Assembly: GCA_031412675.1 (NCBI GenBank)
Contig: JANODL010000152.1
Coordinates: 5,018 to 69,017 of the forward strand
Direction: 5' to 3'
Source of the DNA: Acidobacteriota bacterium
GTDB taxonomy: Bacteria; Acidobacteriota; Blastocatellia; Pyrinomonadales; Pyrinomonadaceae
DNA: 64,000 bases
The position numbers and the translations under genes were made by a program. Under the pieces are notes generated by a model. The model was not told the origin of the DNA, did not search any database, and was given only the letters and a program-made list of their open reading frames with translations. Each line of letters begins with the position of its first letter. Position 1 is the stretch's first letter. Of the stretch, positions 8,148 through 16,238 are shown piece after piece.

Positions 8148-9137
8148 TTAATTCGTCGCGCCGACGATGCCCATTTTCGCGTAAACATCGCGCAAAGTTT
8201 CACGCGCAATTATTCGGGCTTTTTCCGCGCCGGTTTTTAAAATTTTATTAAGCGTTTCATCGTCAAAATCTTTAACCCGTTCCTGAAACGGCTGAAGATA
8301 TTCGATAACGGCTTCGGCGATTTCGGTTTTCAGATGACCGTAGCCTTTGCCCACGAAATTTGCTTCGCATTCTTCGGGCGTTTTTCCGGTCATCAATTGG
8401 TAAATCGTCAGCAGATTTGTAATTGCCGGACGCGTTTCGTCGAATTTGATCTCGGTTCCCGAATCGGTCACGGCTTTTTTCAGCTTCTTGGTGATCGTGT
8501 CGGCATCATCGAGCAGAAGAATCGAGCCGTTCGCGTTTTCGTCCGACTTCGACATTTTCTTTGTCGGGTCTTGAAGCGATAAAATGTTTGCGCCGACGGG
8601 CGGAATATATGGTTCGGGAACGACAAACGTTTCACCGAAATCGCGGTTGAATCTGATTGCCAAATCACGCGACAATTCTAAATGCTGTTTCTGGTCTTTG
8701 CCGACGGGAACGAGATGCGTTTGATAAAGCAAAATGTCCGCAGCCATCAAAATCGGATATGTAAACAGCCCGACTCCGGCGCGTTCGGCGTTGCCTTTGC
8801 CTTTATCTTTAAATTGCGTCATTCGTTCGAGTTCGCCCATTCTGGCAATAGTTGAAAGAATCCACGCGAGTTCGGTGTGTTCGCTGACATCCGATTGAAT
8901 AAAAATTGTCGAAGTTTCGGGATTAACGCCCGAAGCGAGATAAATCCGCGCCAAATCAAGCGTTTTTTGCTTCAAAATTTCGGGATTTTGCGGCAGCGTG
9001 ATCGCGTGAAGATTAACGATGCAGTAAAAACTTTCGTATTCGTCCTGTAACGCCACCCAATTTTTGAGCGCACCGAGATAATTACCGAGATGAAGATTTC
9101 CAGTCGGCTGTGCGCCGCTGAAGATTCGTTTTTTCAT
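8148..9137 (-). CDS. trpS: tryptophan--tRNA ligase
   Basis: MKKRIFSGAQPTGNLHLGNYLGA... (HIGH-type motif) and KMSKSD. The 14-codon N-terminal extension in the ORF track runs into the repeat element and was rejected. Confidence 0.95.
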   Translation of the reverse strand: MKKRIFSGAQPTGNLHLGNYLGALKNWVALQDEYESFYCIVNLHAITLPQNPEILKQKTLDLARIYLASGVNPETSTIFIQSDVSEHTELAWILSTIARMGELERMTQFKDKGKGNAERAGVGLFTYPILMAADILLYQTHLVPVGKDQKQHLELSRDLAIRFNRDFGETFVVPEPYIPPVGANILSLQDPTKKMSKSDENANGSILLLDDADTITKKLKKAVTDSGTEIKFDETRPAITNLLTIYQLMTGKTPEECEANFVGKGYGHLKTEIAEAVIEYLQPFQERVKDFDDETLNKILKTGAEKARIIARETLRDVYAKMGIVGATN

Positions 9138-9148
9138 AGGAAAAAAAT

Positions 9149-9279
9149 GACTGGAGCGCAATCGGCTCGATTGCAACATCGCGTTTTTCAGCGATGTAAC
9201 GGCGGTTGCCCTGAAAGCAAGTTGATTTTATCTCAACTGTCTTATTCGCGTTTTTCGACGAGCCGATTGCGCTCCGGTC
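9149..9279. mobile_element. REPIN/MITE-like element, family 1, copy B
   Basis: GACTGGAGCGCAATCGGCTCGATTGCAAC ... CGAGCCGATTGCGCTCCGGTC. It lies between the M50 protease stop (9284) and the trpS start (9137), 11 nt from the trpS ATG. Confidence 0.75.
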
Positions 9280-9283
9280 GAGA

Positions 9284-9979
9284 TTAAAACCAAGGCGTAA
9301 CCAAAAGGTAATTAACAATCGCAAAAACGGGTGTCATAATCAGGCGGACGATTCCGAAGTAAATCAAAGCCATCAGAATAATAAAGCCGTATTGCTCCAT
9401 CATATCGAAAAACGGCTGGAAACTCGCGGGTAGAAACGTTGATAGGACCTTGCTTCCGTCAAGCGGCGGAAACGGCAAAAGATTGAAAATCGCCAGCGAA
9501 ACATTGAGGAAAATCATATAATACAACAGCGTTACAAAAATTTTCGGCAAGCCGTCTTGAACATTTTCGGAAGTAAAAATTTGATAAGAAAGCAAAAGTT
9601 TGAAAATTGTAAAACCGATTATCGCCAGTATTATATTTGCCGCAATTCCGGCAATCGAAACCATCACGTTTGCCTGTTTGTATTTCGTCCATTTGCTCGG
9701 GTTGACGGGCGTTGGTTTGCCCCAACCGATGAGCGGAATAGTTGCCAAAGCTCCGCCGACCGCGCCGAAAATGAAACTGATAATCGGTAAAAGCAGAGTC
9801 CCGATCGGGTCGGTATGAGCGACCGGATTGAGCGTCACGCGTCCGAGCAGATAAGCCGTATCGTCGCCGTATTTATAAGACATCCAAGCGTGTCCGGCTT
9901 CGTGGGCGGAAATCGCCAGAAGCAGAACAACCATATAAATCACTAAATTTGAAACTAAATCTATCAAATTTATATCCAT
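9284..9979 (-). CDS. site-2 protease (M50) family membrane metalloprotease
   Basis: 231 aa, polytopic, with HEAGHAW (HExxH) in the first TM region and LLPFPPLDGS (an LDG-type motif). Confidence 0.8.
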   Translation of the reverse strand: MDINLIDLVSNLVIYMVVLLLAISAHEAGHAWMSYKYGDDTAYLLGRVTLNPVAHTDPIGTLLLPIISFIFGAVGGALATIPLIGWGKPTPVNPSKWTKYKQANVMVSIAGIAANIILAIIGFTIFKLLLSYQIFTSENVQDGLPKIFVTLLYYMIFLNVSLAIFNLLPFPPLDGSKVLSTFLPASFQPFFDMMEQYGFIILMALIYFGIVRLIMTPVFAIVNYLLVTPWF

Positions 9980-10181
9980 CGCGTTTTTCTCCGTTAAAAT
10001 ATTACCCGAATTTGCAAGTTATCACTCAATTTTGTTAGTGTCAAAACAAAGAATTTTCGTTGTTTTTAGAATTAAATTGTGCCATTCTTTTAGCGCAAAA
10101 GAAAATTCCAAATTCCATATTTCAAATTCCAAATTATTTCAATCTGGAATCTGGAATCTGAAATCTGAAATCTGAAATAAT

Positions 10182-11393
10182 ATGCAGAATCATCTAGTTT
10201 GCATCGCCAGCGAACACAAAGGGAACGAATTTCTCGAAGAATGTCAGAACGCGGGTTGGCACGTCACGCTTGTGACGCGCAAGGATTTGCTCGATTATCC
10301 GTGGGCTTGGACTTCCGTGAACGAGGTCAAAACCGTCGAACGAAATGCCGCGCCCGAAGATTATGTGCGGGCGATTGTCAATATTGCGGGAAGCCAGCCG
10401 ATTCATCGCGTCGTCGGTTTGGACGAATTCGACGTGTTGACCGCCGCAAAAGCGCGTGAACATCTGCAAATCGAAGGCATCAGCAATTCTTTCGCGCTTC
10501 GTTTCCGCGATAAATTGCGGATGCGGAATCTGGCTTGCGAAATCGGTTTGCCGTGTCCCGAATTCGTCGGCGTGTTTAATCTGAAGGGAATTAACGATTA
10601 TCTCGAAGCGACGACCGCGCCGTGGGTTGTTAAACCGCGCACCGAAGTTTCGGCGTTCGGGATTCGCAAATGCGAGACGGTCGGACAGGTTTGGGACGTT
10701 TTGACCGATTTGGATAATCGCAACACCTGGCGCGATCATCCGTCGCAATTTTTGATCGAACGCTTTATCGAAGGCAAGGTTTATCACGTTGATTCGGTCG
10801 TTCACAACGGCAAAATCGTCGCTTCGGGTGTCAGCGAATACGGCACGCCGCCGTTTAGCGTTTCGCATCACGGCGGCGTTTTTACGACCTTTACCGTTCC
10901 GTATAAATCGAAGGAGCGCAAAGATTTGGAAAGATTAAACAAACAGCTTCTCGAAGGTTTTGAATACAAACAAGGTGTCGCGCACGCCGAATTTTTGCAG
11001 TCGGCGGAAACGGGCGAATTCTTTTTGCTCGAAGTTGCCGCCCGCGTCGGCGGCGCGTATATCGCCAATGTTCTCGAACAGGCGAGCGGCTTTAATCTCT
11101 GGCGCGAATGGGCAAAGCTCGAAACCGCGACGAAGGAAAAACCCTACAAAGCCCCGAAACTCCGCAAAGATTTTGCCGGAATCGTGCTTGCGCTTTCAAA
11201 AGACGACACGCCCGACACGTTGCATTACACCGACGAAGAAATCGTCTATCGCGTCAATAAACCGAAGCACGTCGGCTTGATTTTTCATTCAACTAAAGAA
11301 AAACGCGTCAGCGAACTTTTGCAGACTTACACGACACGAATCACCAACGATTTTCTCGCCGTCGCGCCCGCGAAGGAAAGATACGATGATTGA
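10182..11393 (+). CDS. ATP-grasp domain protein (amino-acid-ligase-like)
   Basis: 403 aa with PWVVKPR...FLIERFIEG...AHAEFL...FFLLEVAARVGG, typical ATP-grasp fold motifs. Confidence 0.85.
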   Translation: MQNHLVCIASEHKGNEFLEECQNAGWHVTLVTRKDLLDYPWAWTSVNEVKTVERNAAPEDYVRAIVNIAGSQPIHRVVGLDEFDVLTAAKAREHLQIEGISNSFALRFRDKLRMRNLACEIGLPCPEFVGVFNLKGINDYLEATTAPWVVKPRTEVSAFGIRKCETVGQVWDVLTDLDNRNTWRDHPSQFLIERFIEGKVYHVDSVVHNGKIVASGVSEYGTPPFSVSHHGGVFTTFTVPYKSKERKDLERLNKQLLEGFEYKQGVAHAEFLQSAETGEFFLLEVAARVGGAYIANVLEQASGFNLWREWAKLETATKEKPYKAPKLRKDFAGIVLALSKDDTPDTLHYTDEEIVYRVNKPKHVGLIFHSTKEKRVSELLQTYTTRITNDFLAVAPAKERYDD

Positions 11394-11424
11394 GATTTGA
11401 GGCGAATTTTGGCAAACTTTAATT

Positions 11425-11658
11425 ATGAACGACTTAATTACAATCTCGCCCGATGTTCAAAGCGGAACGCCTGTTTTTGCGGGAACACGCGTTCCCGTTA
11501 AAAATTTGTTCGATTACTTAAAAGGCGGCGACACGATTGAGGAGTTTTTGGAAGATTTTCCGTCCGTAAAAAGAGAACAAGTCTTGAAATTGCTGAGTTT
11601 AGCCGAACATACATTTACCTTTACGGAAGCGGAAATTTATGAAGAAAGTTTTGCTTGA
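11425..11658 (+). CDS. DUF433 domain protein (putative antitoxin)
   Basis: SGTPVFAGTRVPVKNLFDYLKGGDTIEEFLEDFPSV fits the DUF433 pattern. Overlaps the next gene by 20 nt. Confidence 0.75.
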   Translation: MNDLITISPDVQSGTPVFAGTRVPVKNLFDYLKGGDTIEEFLEDFPSVKREQVLKLLSLAEHTFTFTEAEIYEESFA

Positions 11659-11980
11659 CGAAAATCTTCCAAAACAACTCAAAAAAGATTTTTCCGATGC
11701 TTTTGAAGTTACTACCGTTCCTGATTTGGGTTGGCAGGCAAAGAAAAACGGCGAACTTTTAACGGCAATGGACGAGTTTTTATTGGAATATCTTCTGACT
11801 TCCGATAAAAGTTTGCGTTATCAGCAAAATCTTGAAAAACACAAAGTTAAAATCGTTGTCATTTTAACTCTCGACAATCGTTTGAAAAATTTGATTTCAA
11901 AAATCGGTGAAATTGAAACTAAAATTCTCGAAGCCGACGAATCCGTCAAAATTATAGAAATTGATATTCGTAAAAAGTGA
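11639..11980 (+). CDS. DUF5615-type PIN-like protein (putative toxin partner of DUF433)
   Basis: An N-terminal LLDENLP motif and a size of 113 aa match the DUF5615 family commonly paired with DUF433. Confidence 0.65.
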   Translation: MKKVLLDENLPKQLKKDFSDAFEVTTVPDLGWQAKKNGELLTAMDEFLLEYLLTSDKSLRYQQNLEKHKVKIVVILTLDNRLKNLISKIGEIETKILEADESVKIIEIDIRKK

Positions 11981-12025
11981 AACGACTGGACGCTTAAATT
12001 TATTTCGACTATTCTTACACCTTTT

Positions 12026-13279
12026 ATGATCGCCGAAAATAACTCGCCCGAAACTTTAAACCACGATTTGAATCAATATTTTCCCGAATTGCTCAAGTTT
12101 GAATCAATCGAAGAGACGGAAAAATCGGCACTCTACCAAAAAATCAAGCCGACGGTCGAGCGGATTTTAAATGCCGTTGTGCAGGAAAATTTGTCAGAAC
12201 CGCGAGCGGTAGCGACCGGGCAAACGAGGGATGAATCGGAAAACGAAAATTTCATCCCTCATCCCTCATCCCTCATCCCTCAAAACGCGGTTTCCGCGTT
12301 GGCTTGGAACATCGAGCGCGGCAATATTTACGAAGGAATTGTTGACGCGCTGAAAAATAACGCGCAATTAAAAGACAAAGACGTTTTGCTTTTGACCGAA
12401 CTCGATTATGGAATGGCGCGGAGCAAAAATCGTTTTGTCGCGCAGGAAATCGCAAAGGAATTAAAACTGAATTACGCGTTTGCGCCGGTTTATATCGCTT
12501 TGCAAAAGGGAAGCGGCGTTGAGGAATTTGCCGAGGGCAAAAACACGACTTCGATTCACGGGTTGGCGATGTTTTCAAAATATCCGCTCAAAAATGTTCA
12601 CGCGATTGATTTGCCGAACGGCAAGGATAAAATGTGGGGCAAGGAAAAACGGCTCGGATATTTACGCGCACTCGTTGCCGACATCGAACATCCGGCGGGC
12701 GATTTTCGCGCCGTGACGATTCATCTGGACGCGCATTCTTCGCGCAAACATCGCCATTTGCAGATGAAGATCATTCTCGACGCGCTCGACCAATTGCCGA
12801 AACTGCCGACGCTTCTCGGCGGCGATTGGAACACGACGACCTACAACGCGCAAAACGCGAATCACGCGATTGCGGGTTATTTCTGGCGTGTGATGCTCGG
12901 TGTCAAAAACGTCGTCAAAAATCATCTGCCGCATCCCGACCGACATTTTGAAAAAGATTTGTTCGGCGAAATCGAGCGGCGCGGTTTCGAGTATAAAAAG
13001 TTTAACGAGTTTGGTGTCGGAACGCTTCATTACGACATCGAAAGCATCGAAAAAAATACGAATTTGCGCGATTGGGTTCCCGAATGGTGCTTTCCGTTTA
13101 TATTTTGGGCGGCACGGCGCGTCGGCGGAAAAGTTTCGGGCAGACTCGATTGGTTCGCGGGAAAAGACATTGAAATCAAAGGAAAACCGCAGACAATCGG
13201 CAATTTGGTTGATGAAACCGACACGCCGCTGTCCGACCACGACGCAATCGCTTTGGACTTTACGCTCTCGAAAAGTTAA
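12026..13279 (+). CDS. endonuclease/exonuclease/phosphatase (EEP) family protein; 5' boundary uncertain
   Basis: The EEP core runs from about ALAWNIERG to the C-terminal LSDHDAIALDF motif. The N-terminal ~90 codons contain a (CATCCCT)x4 heptamer array plus a hairpin (12253-12300), so the true start is uncertain. Confidence 0.8.
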   Translation: MIAENNSPETLNHDLNQYFPELLKFESIEETEKSALYQKIKPTVERILNAVVQENLSEPRAVATGQTRDESENENFIPHPSSLIPQNAVSALAWNIERGNIYEGIVDALKNNAQLKDKDVLLLTELDYGMARSKNRFVAQEIAKELKLNYAFAPVYIALQKGSGVEEFAEGKNTTSIHGLAMFSKYPLKNVHAIDLPNGKDKMWGKEKRLGYLRALVADIEHPAGDFRAVTIHLDAHSSRKHRHLQMKIILDALDQLPKLPTLLGGDWNTTTYNAQNANHAIAGYFWRVMLGVKNVVKNHLPHPDRHFEKDLFGEIERRGFEYKKFNEFGVGTLHYDIESIEKNTNLRDWVPEWCFPFIFWAARRVGGKVSGRLDWFAGKDIEIKGKPQTIGNLVDETDTPLSDHDAIALDFTLSKS

Positions 13280-13349
13280 AATCAAAAGTTCTAAATGACT
13301 TTGGACTCAAGACTAAAGACTCAGGACTAAAGACTCAGGACTAAATATT

Positions 13350-13604
13350 ATGGAAGTATCATTTTGCCAGACGCTCAGCTTTAATGCTGACACATTTGAA
13401 TACGACGTTGTTTCGCAGGAAAGCGGCAACGCGACGGTTATTAAATTCCCGATTGACCAAAAACTTTTCAGTCCGGGCGATGTCGTCGTCGTTTTGCAGG
13501 ACTCGGAAATCGTTTTTCACGGAATTATCGGGAAAATCGAAGACGGCGAGGCGTATGCCTCAGACCCGAAAGGCTCGCTGCTCGCGGCGGCAACCATTCA
13601 ATAA
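13350..13604 (+). CDS. hypothetical protein (84 aa)
   Basis: An ORF preceded by a heptamer array and followed by a hairpin (13642-13665). No recognisable motif. Confidence 0.45.
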   Translation: MEVSFCQTLSFNADTFEYDVVSQESGNATVIKFPIDQKLFSPGDVVVVLQDSEIVFHGIIGKIEDGEAYASDPKGSLLAAATIQ

Positions 13605-13682
13605 ACTTGACGCTTTTTGCGATTTAAGCTAACTTGTTTTTGCAGATTTGAAATCTCAAATCTGCTGTTTGAAATGATAAAC

Positions 13683-13759
<77 letters not shown>

Positions 13760-13769
13760 GTTTTTAGAA

Positions 13770-13806
13770 GGCTTTGGCATCGTCTGATGTCAGAGTCTTT
13801 TTTATT
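13770..13806 (+). terminator. intrinsic terminator after tRNA-Ala
   Basis: GGCTTTGGCATC-GTCT-GATGTCAGAGTC forms a 12-bp stem (including three G:U pairs) followed by TTTTTTATT. Confidence 0.6.
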
Positions 13807-14053
13807 GAAATACTTTCACGCGATACTTTCAAAGAATTTTGCGGCTTCTACTTGTCAAATTATCAAATTTAATCACCAAAAATCTTCGCATAAAACTTAA
13901 TTTTATGTGTAACTTTTACGAATATTATGCGTATATCAAATCAGCGCAAAACAAATAAAGCGGGGATTGTTAAATTAAAGCTGAAATTTAGCGCATCTGT
14001 TCGGATTGTAATATTATCTCAAAACTCAATAAAAGCATCCGAAAAGGTTTATT

Positions 14054-14638
14054 TTGAAGCCCCGTTTTAGTCAGATTACCGAAGTAAAAAATCAGGTTTC
14101 AGCCCGAGCCGTATCGAGAATGGCAATCGGGCGGGCTTTGCGCTTCAATGTCAGCGGCAGTGCGGCGGATTATATGATTGCTTATATGAGCCGTCCGCTG
14201 ATGAATTACCGGTCAACCCGTGAGGGCGAAGATTTTACCACGCCCGTCAGTGCGATTTACGGTCCGAAAACGATGATTATCAATGAATATTCGAGTTCGG
14301 GCGGCGACCTTTTGCCGTTTTTGTTCAGACAGAACAAACTCGGCGCACTCGTCGGCAAACGAACTTGGGGCGGACTCGTCGGAATTTACAATTATCCGGT
14401 TCTGATGGATGGCGGACAGGTTTCCGCGCCGCGTGTCGCTTTCAGAAACGCGCAGGGCGAGCTTGGTGTCGAGAACAAAGGTGTTGCGCCGGATGTCGAA
14501 GTTGACCTCGATCCGAAAATCTGGCGCACGGGACGTGACGTTCAGCTTGAAAAAGCCGTCGAAGTGACGATAGCCGAAATTAGAAGAAATCCGGTTCGGA
14601 AACCTGTCAAAGGCGCGTTTCCGAACTATCAAAAGTAA
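14054..14638 (+). pseudogene. C-terminal fragment of a tricorn-like S41 peptidase (5'-truncated)
   Basis: The 194 codons match only the C-terminal catalytic region of ~1000-aa S41 tricorn-core peptidases (SAADYMIAYMSRPLMNY...INEYSSSGGD...KRTWGGLVG...NKGVAPDVEV). It has a TTG pseudo-start, and the upstream 250 nt are AT-rich and non-coding. Confidence 0.65.
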
Positions 14639-14667
14639 GATATTAAGCAGTCAAAATATCTCTGTAA

Positions 14668-14707
14668 ATCTTAAAAGACGAGTTTTCGGACTCGTCTTTT
14701 AAGATTT
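14668..14707. terminator. 17-bp palindromic hairpin
   Basis: AATCTTAAAAGACGAGT-TTTCGG-ACTCGTCTTTTAAGATT. Confidence 0.6.
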
Positions 14708-14765
14708 AGAAATAAACAAAAAACGGCTTCCGGGCGTAAATCTTAGAAGCCGTTTTTCGTTTCGA

Positions 14766-14981
14766 GGTCTGACGGTTTTCAAATATCGAATAATATTCGT
14801 CATTCGGCTGAAAATCGGCAAAGGCGGAATGAGCGCGGTCTGTCCGGCGCGGCGCGGCGACAAGGAATTTGATAAAAAAGTTGCGATAAAACTCATCAAA
14901 CGCGGCTTTGAAACCGACGAAATCATCGCCTTGCTTGTCTTAATTTCAATTGAAGATAAAGCGGTAGTTTTGGGAAATTGA
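14766..14981 (+). pseudogene. N-terminal remnant of a Ser/Thr protein kinase (subdomains I-II only)
   Basis: The hand-translated frame gives FKYRIIFVIRLKIGKGGMSAVCPARRGDKEFDKKVAIKLIKRGFETDEII.... It contains the glycine loop GxGGxxxV and the VAIK lysine motif, has no usable start codon, and stops about 15 codons after subdomain II. Confidence 0.5.
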
Positions 14982-15062
14982 TGATTTCCTAAATAAATCG
15001 GGACACTTGAGTTTAGAAAATTATATACTGATTTTGACAGCTTTTATCAAGGGGAAATCAGA

Positions 15063-16088
15063 ATGCATTTATATCGAGGAAAGTGTTTGCTTTTCTTTTT
15101 TAGTTTTTTGATGATTTGTTCGCAAATCGTTTCGGCGCAAGACAAAAAATTGGGACAAACTTCGGTTGAGGAAACGCAAACAACGACACCGAAGATTGAA
15201 AATTCCGAACCGATTTATTCATCCTTTGCACATTCCGGCGGCGATGACAAATCAGACGGATTTGGTTGGAAGCAAGAGAAAACAGAATTTTCCGAGAGAA
15301 CCGATAAATCGGGAATTAAGGAGATCGAGTATAATTTTCGGGCGATTAAAGTTGAAGAACAAAGTTTCGATTTCAGAAGTTCAACTCTCAGAGATTTAAA
15401 AAAATATCCATTTCAAAAGCAAACTTTGTCTGCCGATTCAAAAAATAAGGCGGAAGACGATGAAACCAAGCCAGTCAAAAGCGAGGGTTTTAACTGGCGA
15501 GGGGCATTCAATCAATCGCTGATGTTTCTCGGCGTTCAGCACGGTTACGCGCTCACCCAGCCGAAAACGCAGCGGGCTTTGAAAGGGAAATTCTGGAATG
15601 ACTATGTAGATTCGGTCAAAGCGTTGGGCGGCTGGAGCGACGGCGGCAGGTTTTTCACCAATTATATCGCGCATCCGATGCAAGGTTCGCTGACCGGATT
15701 TATCTATGTTCAGAACAGTCCGCAGGCGCGTCGCCGGCAATTCGGAATGTCGGGCGATTACTGGCGCAGCCGAATGAAGGCGATGCTTTGGACAGCGGCT
15801 TGGTCAACGCAGTTCGAGATCGGACCGATCAGTCAGGCATCAATCGGCAATGTCGGCTGGAGCGGCAAACAAACGTGGGAAGATATTGTGACGACACCGA
15901 CTATCGGAACCGCGATGCTCATCACCGAAGACGCGCTCGACCGCTATATAATTAAAAGCATCGAACGCTACACCGACAACTTTTACGTCAAAATCTTCAG
16001 CCGGATGATTTTCAACCCGACGCGGGTTTTCGCAAACTTACTGCGCTTCAAACAACCGTGGTACCGCGACCGACCGACGGCGCATTAA
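15063..16088 (+). CDS. hypothetical secreted protein
   Basis: Signal peptide MHLYRGKCLLFFFSFLMICSQIVSAQ followed by a conserved-looking C-terminal half. Family not recognised. Confidence 0.6.
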   Translation: MHLYRGKCLLFFFSFLMICSQIVSAQDKKLGQTSVEETQTTTPKIENSEPIYSSFAHSGGDDKSDGFGWKQEKTEFSERTDKSGIKEIEYNFRAIKVEEQSFDFRSSTLRDLKKYPFQKQTLSADSKNKAEDDETKPVKSEGFNWRGAFNQSLMFLGVQHGYALTQPKTQRALKGKFWNDYVDSVKALGGWSDGGRFFTNYIAHPMQGSLTGFIYVQNSPQARRRQFGMSGDYWRSRMKAMLWTAAWSTQFEIGPISQASIGNVGWSGKQTWEDIVTTPTIGTAMLITEDALDRYIIKSIERYTDNFYVKIFSRMIFNPTRVFANLLRFKQPWYRDRPTAH

Positions 16089-16122
16089 AAACCTAAGCAA
16101 TTAACAAAATTATTTATTGATT

Positions 16123-16202
16123 AGGTCTTTGGTCTTTGGCTTTTGGTTTTTGGAAGAAACATTCAGTTTCAGAACCAAAACCAAAGACCAAAAGCCAAAG
16201 AC
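16123..16202. repeat. heptamer-array hairpin (GGTCTTT/GGCTTTT units versus CCAAAGA units) between convergent genes
   Basis: GGTCTTTGGTCTTTGGCTTTTGGTTTTTGG ... CCAAAACCAAAGACCAAAAGCCAAAGACC. An imperfect palindrome that probably acts as a bidirectional terminator. Confidence 0.7.
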
Positions 16203-16238
16203 CCGATCAGTAACCGAAATTATTAAAACCGGCTGATA

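Noticed and set aside
9138-9179. N-terminal extensions of trpS (MLQSSRLRSSHFFP) and of ftsK (31143-31217, MNTFSRQKTTLRQASRLRSSLEFTK).
   Set aside because: Both extensions are translations of the family-1 repeat element, which is why they share the peptide RLRSS. The conserved protein starts are the internal Met codons.
9138-9283. T-box or other tRNA-sensing leader upstream of trpS.
   Set aside because: The spacer is fully accounted for by the family-1 inverted-repeat element. No specifier-loop or T-box sequence is recognisable.
10256-10275. Additional TGGCAC motifs as sigma54 promoters (10256 in the ATP-grasp gene, about 19826 in polA, about 36826 in comEC).
   Set aside because: All lie inside coding sequence and lack a correctly spaced TTGC -12 element.
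10182-13604. ATP-grasp ligase plus the 84-aa ORF as a graspetide/RiPP cluster.
   Set aside because: The ATP-grasp protein is of the larger amino-acid-ligase type, not the RimK/MdnC-like type. The small ORF lies 2 kb away behind a TA pair and an EEP gene. It shows no Thr/Ser/Asp/Glu-Lys core repeats.
14699-14926. A 75-aa minus-strand ORF.
   Set aside because: It is antisense to the kinase-remnant frame, which has recognisable GxGGxxxV and VAIK motifs. The minus-strand translation is featureless.
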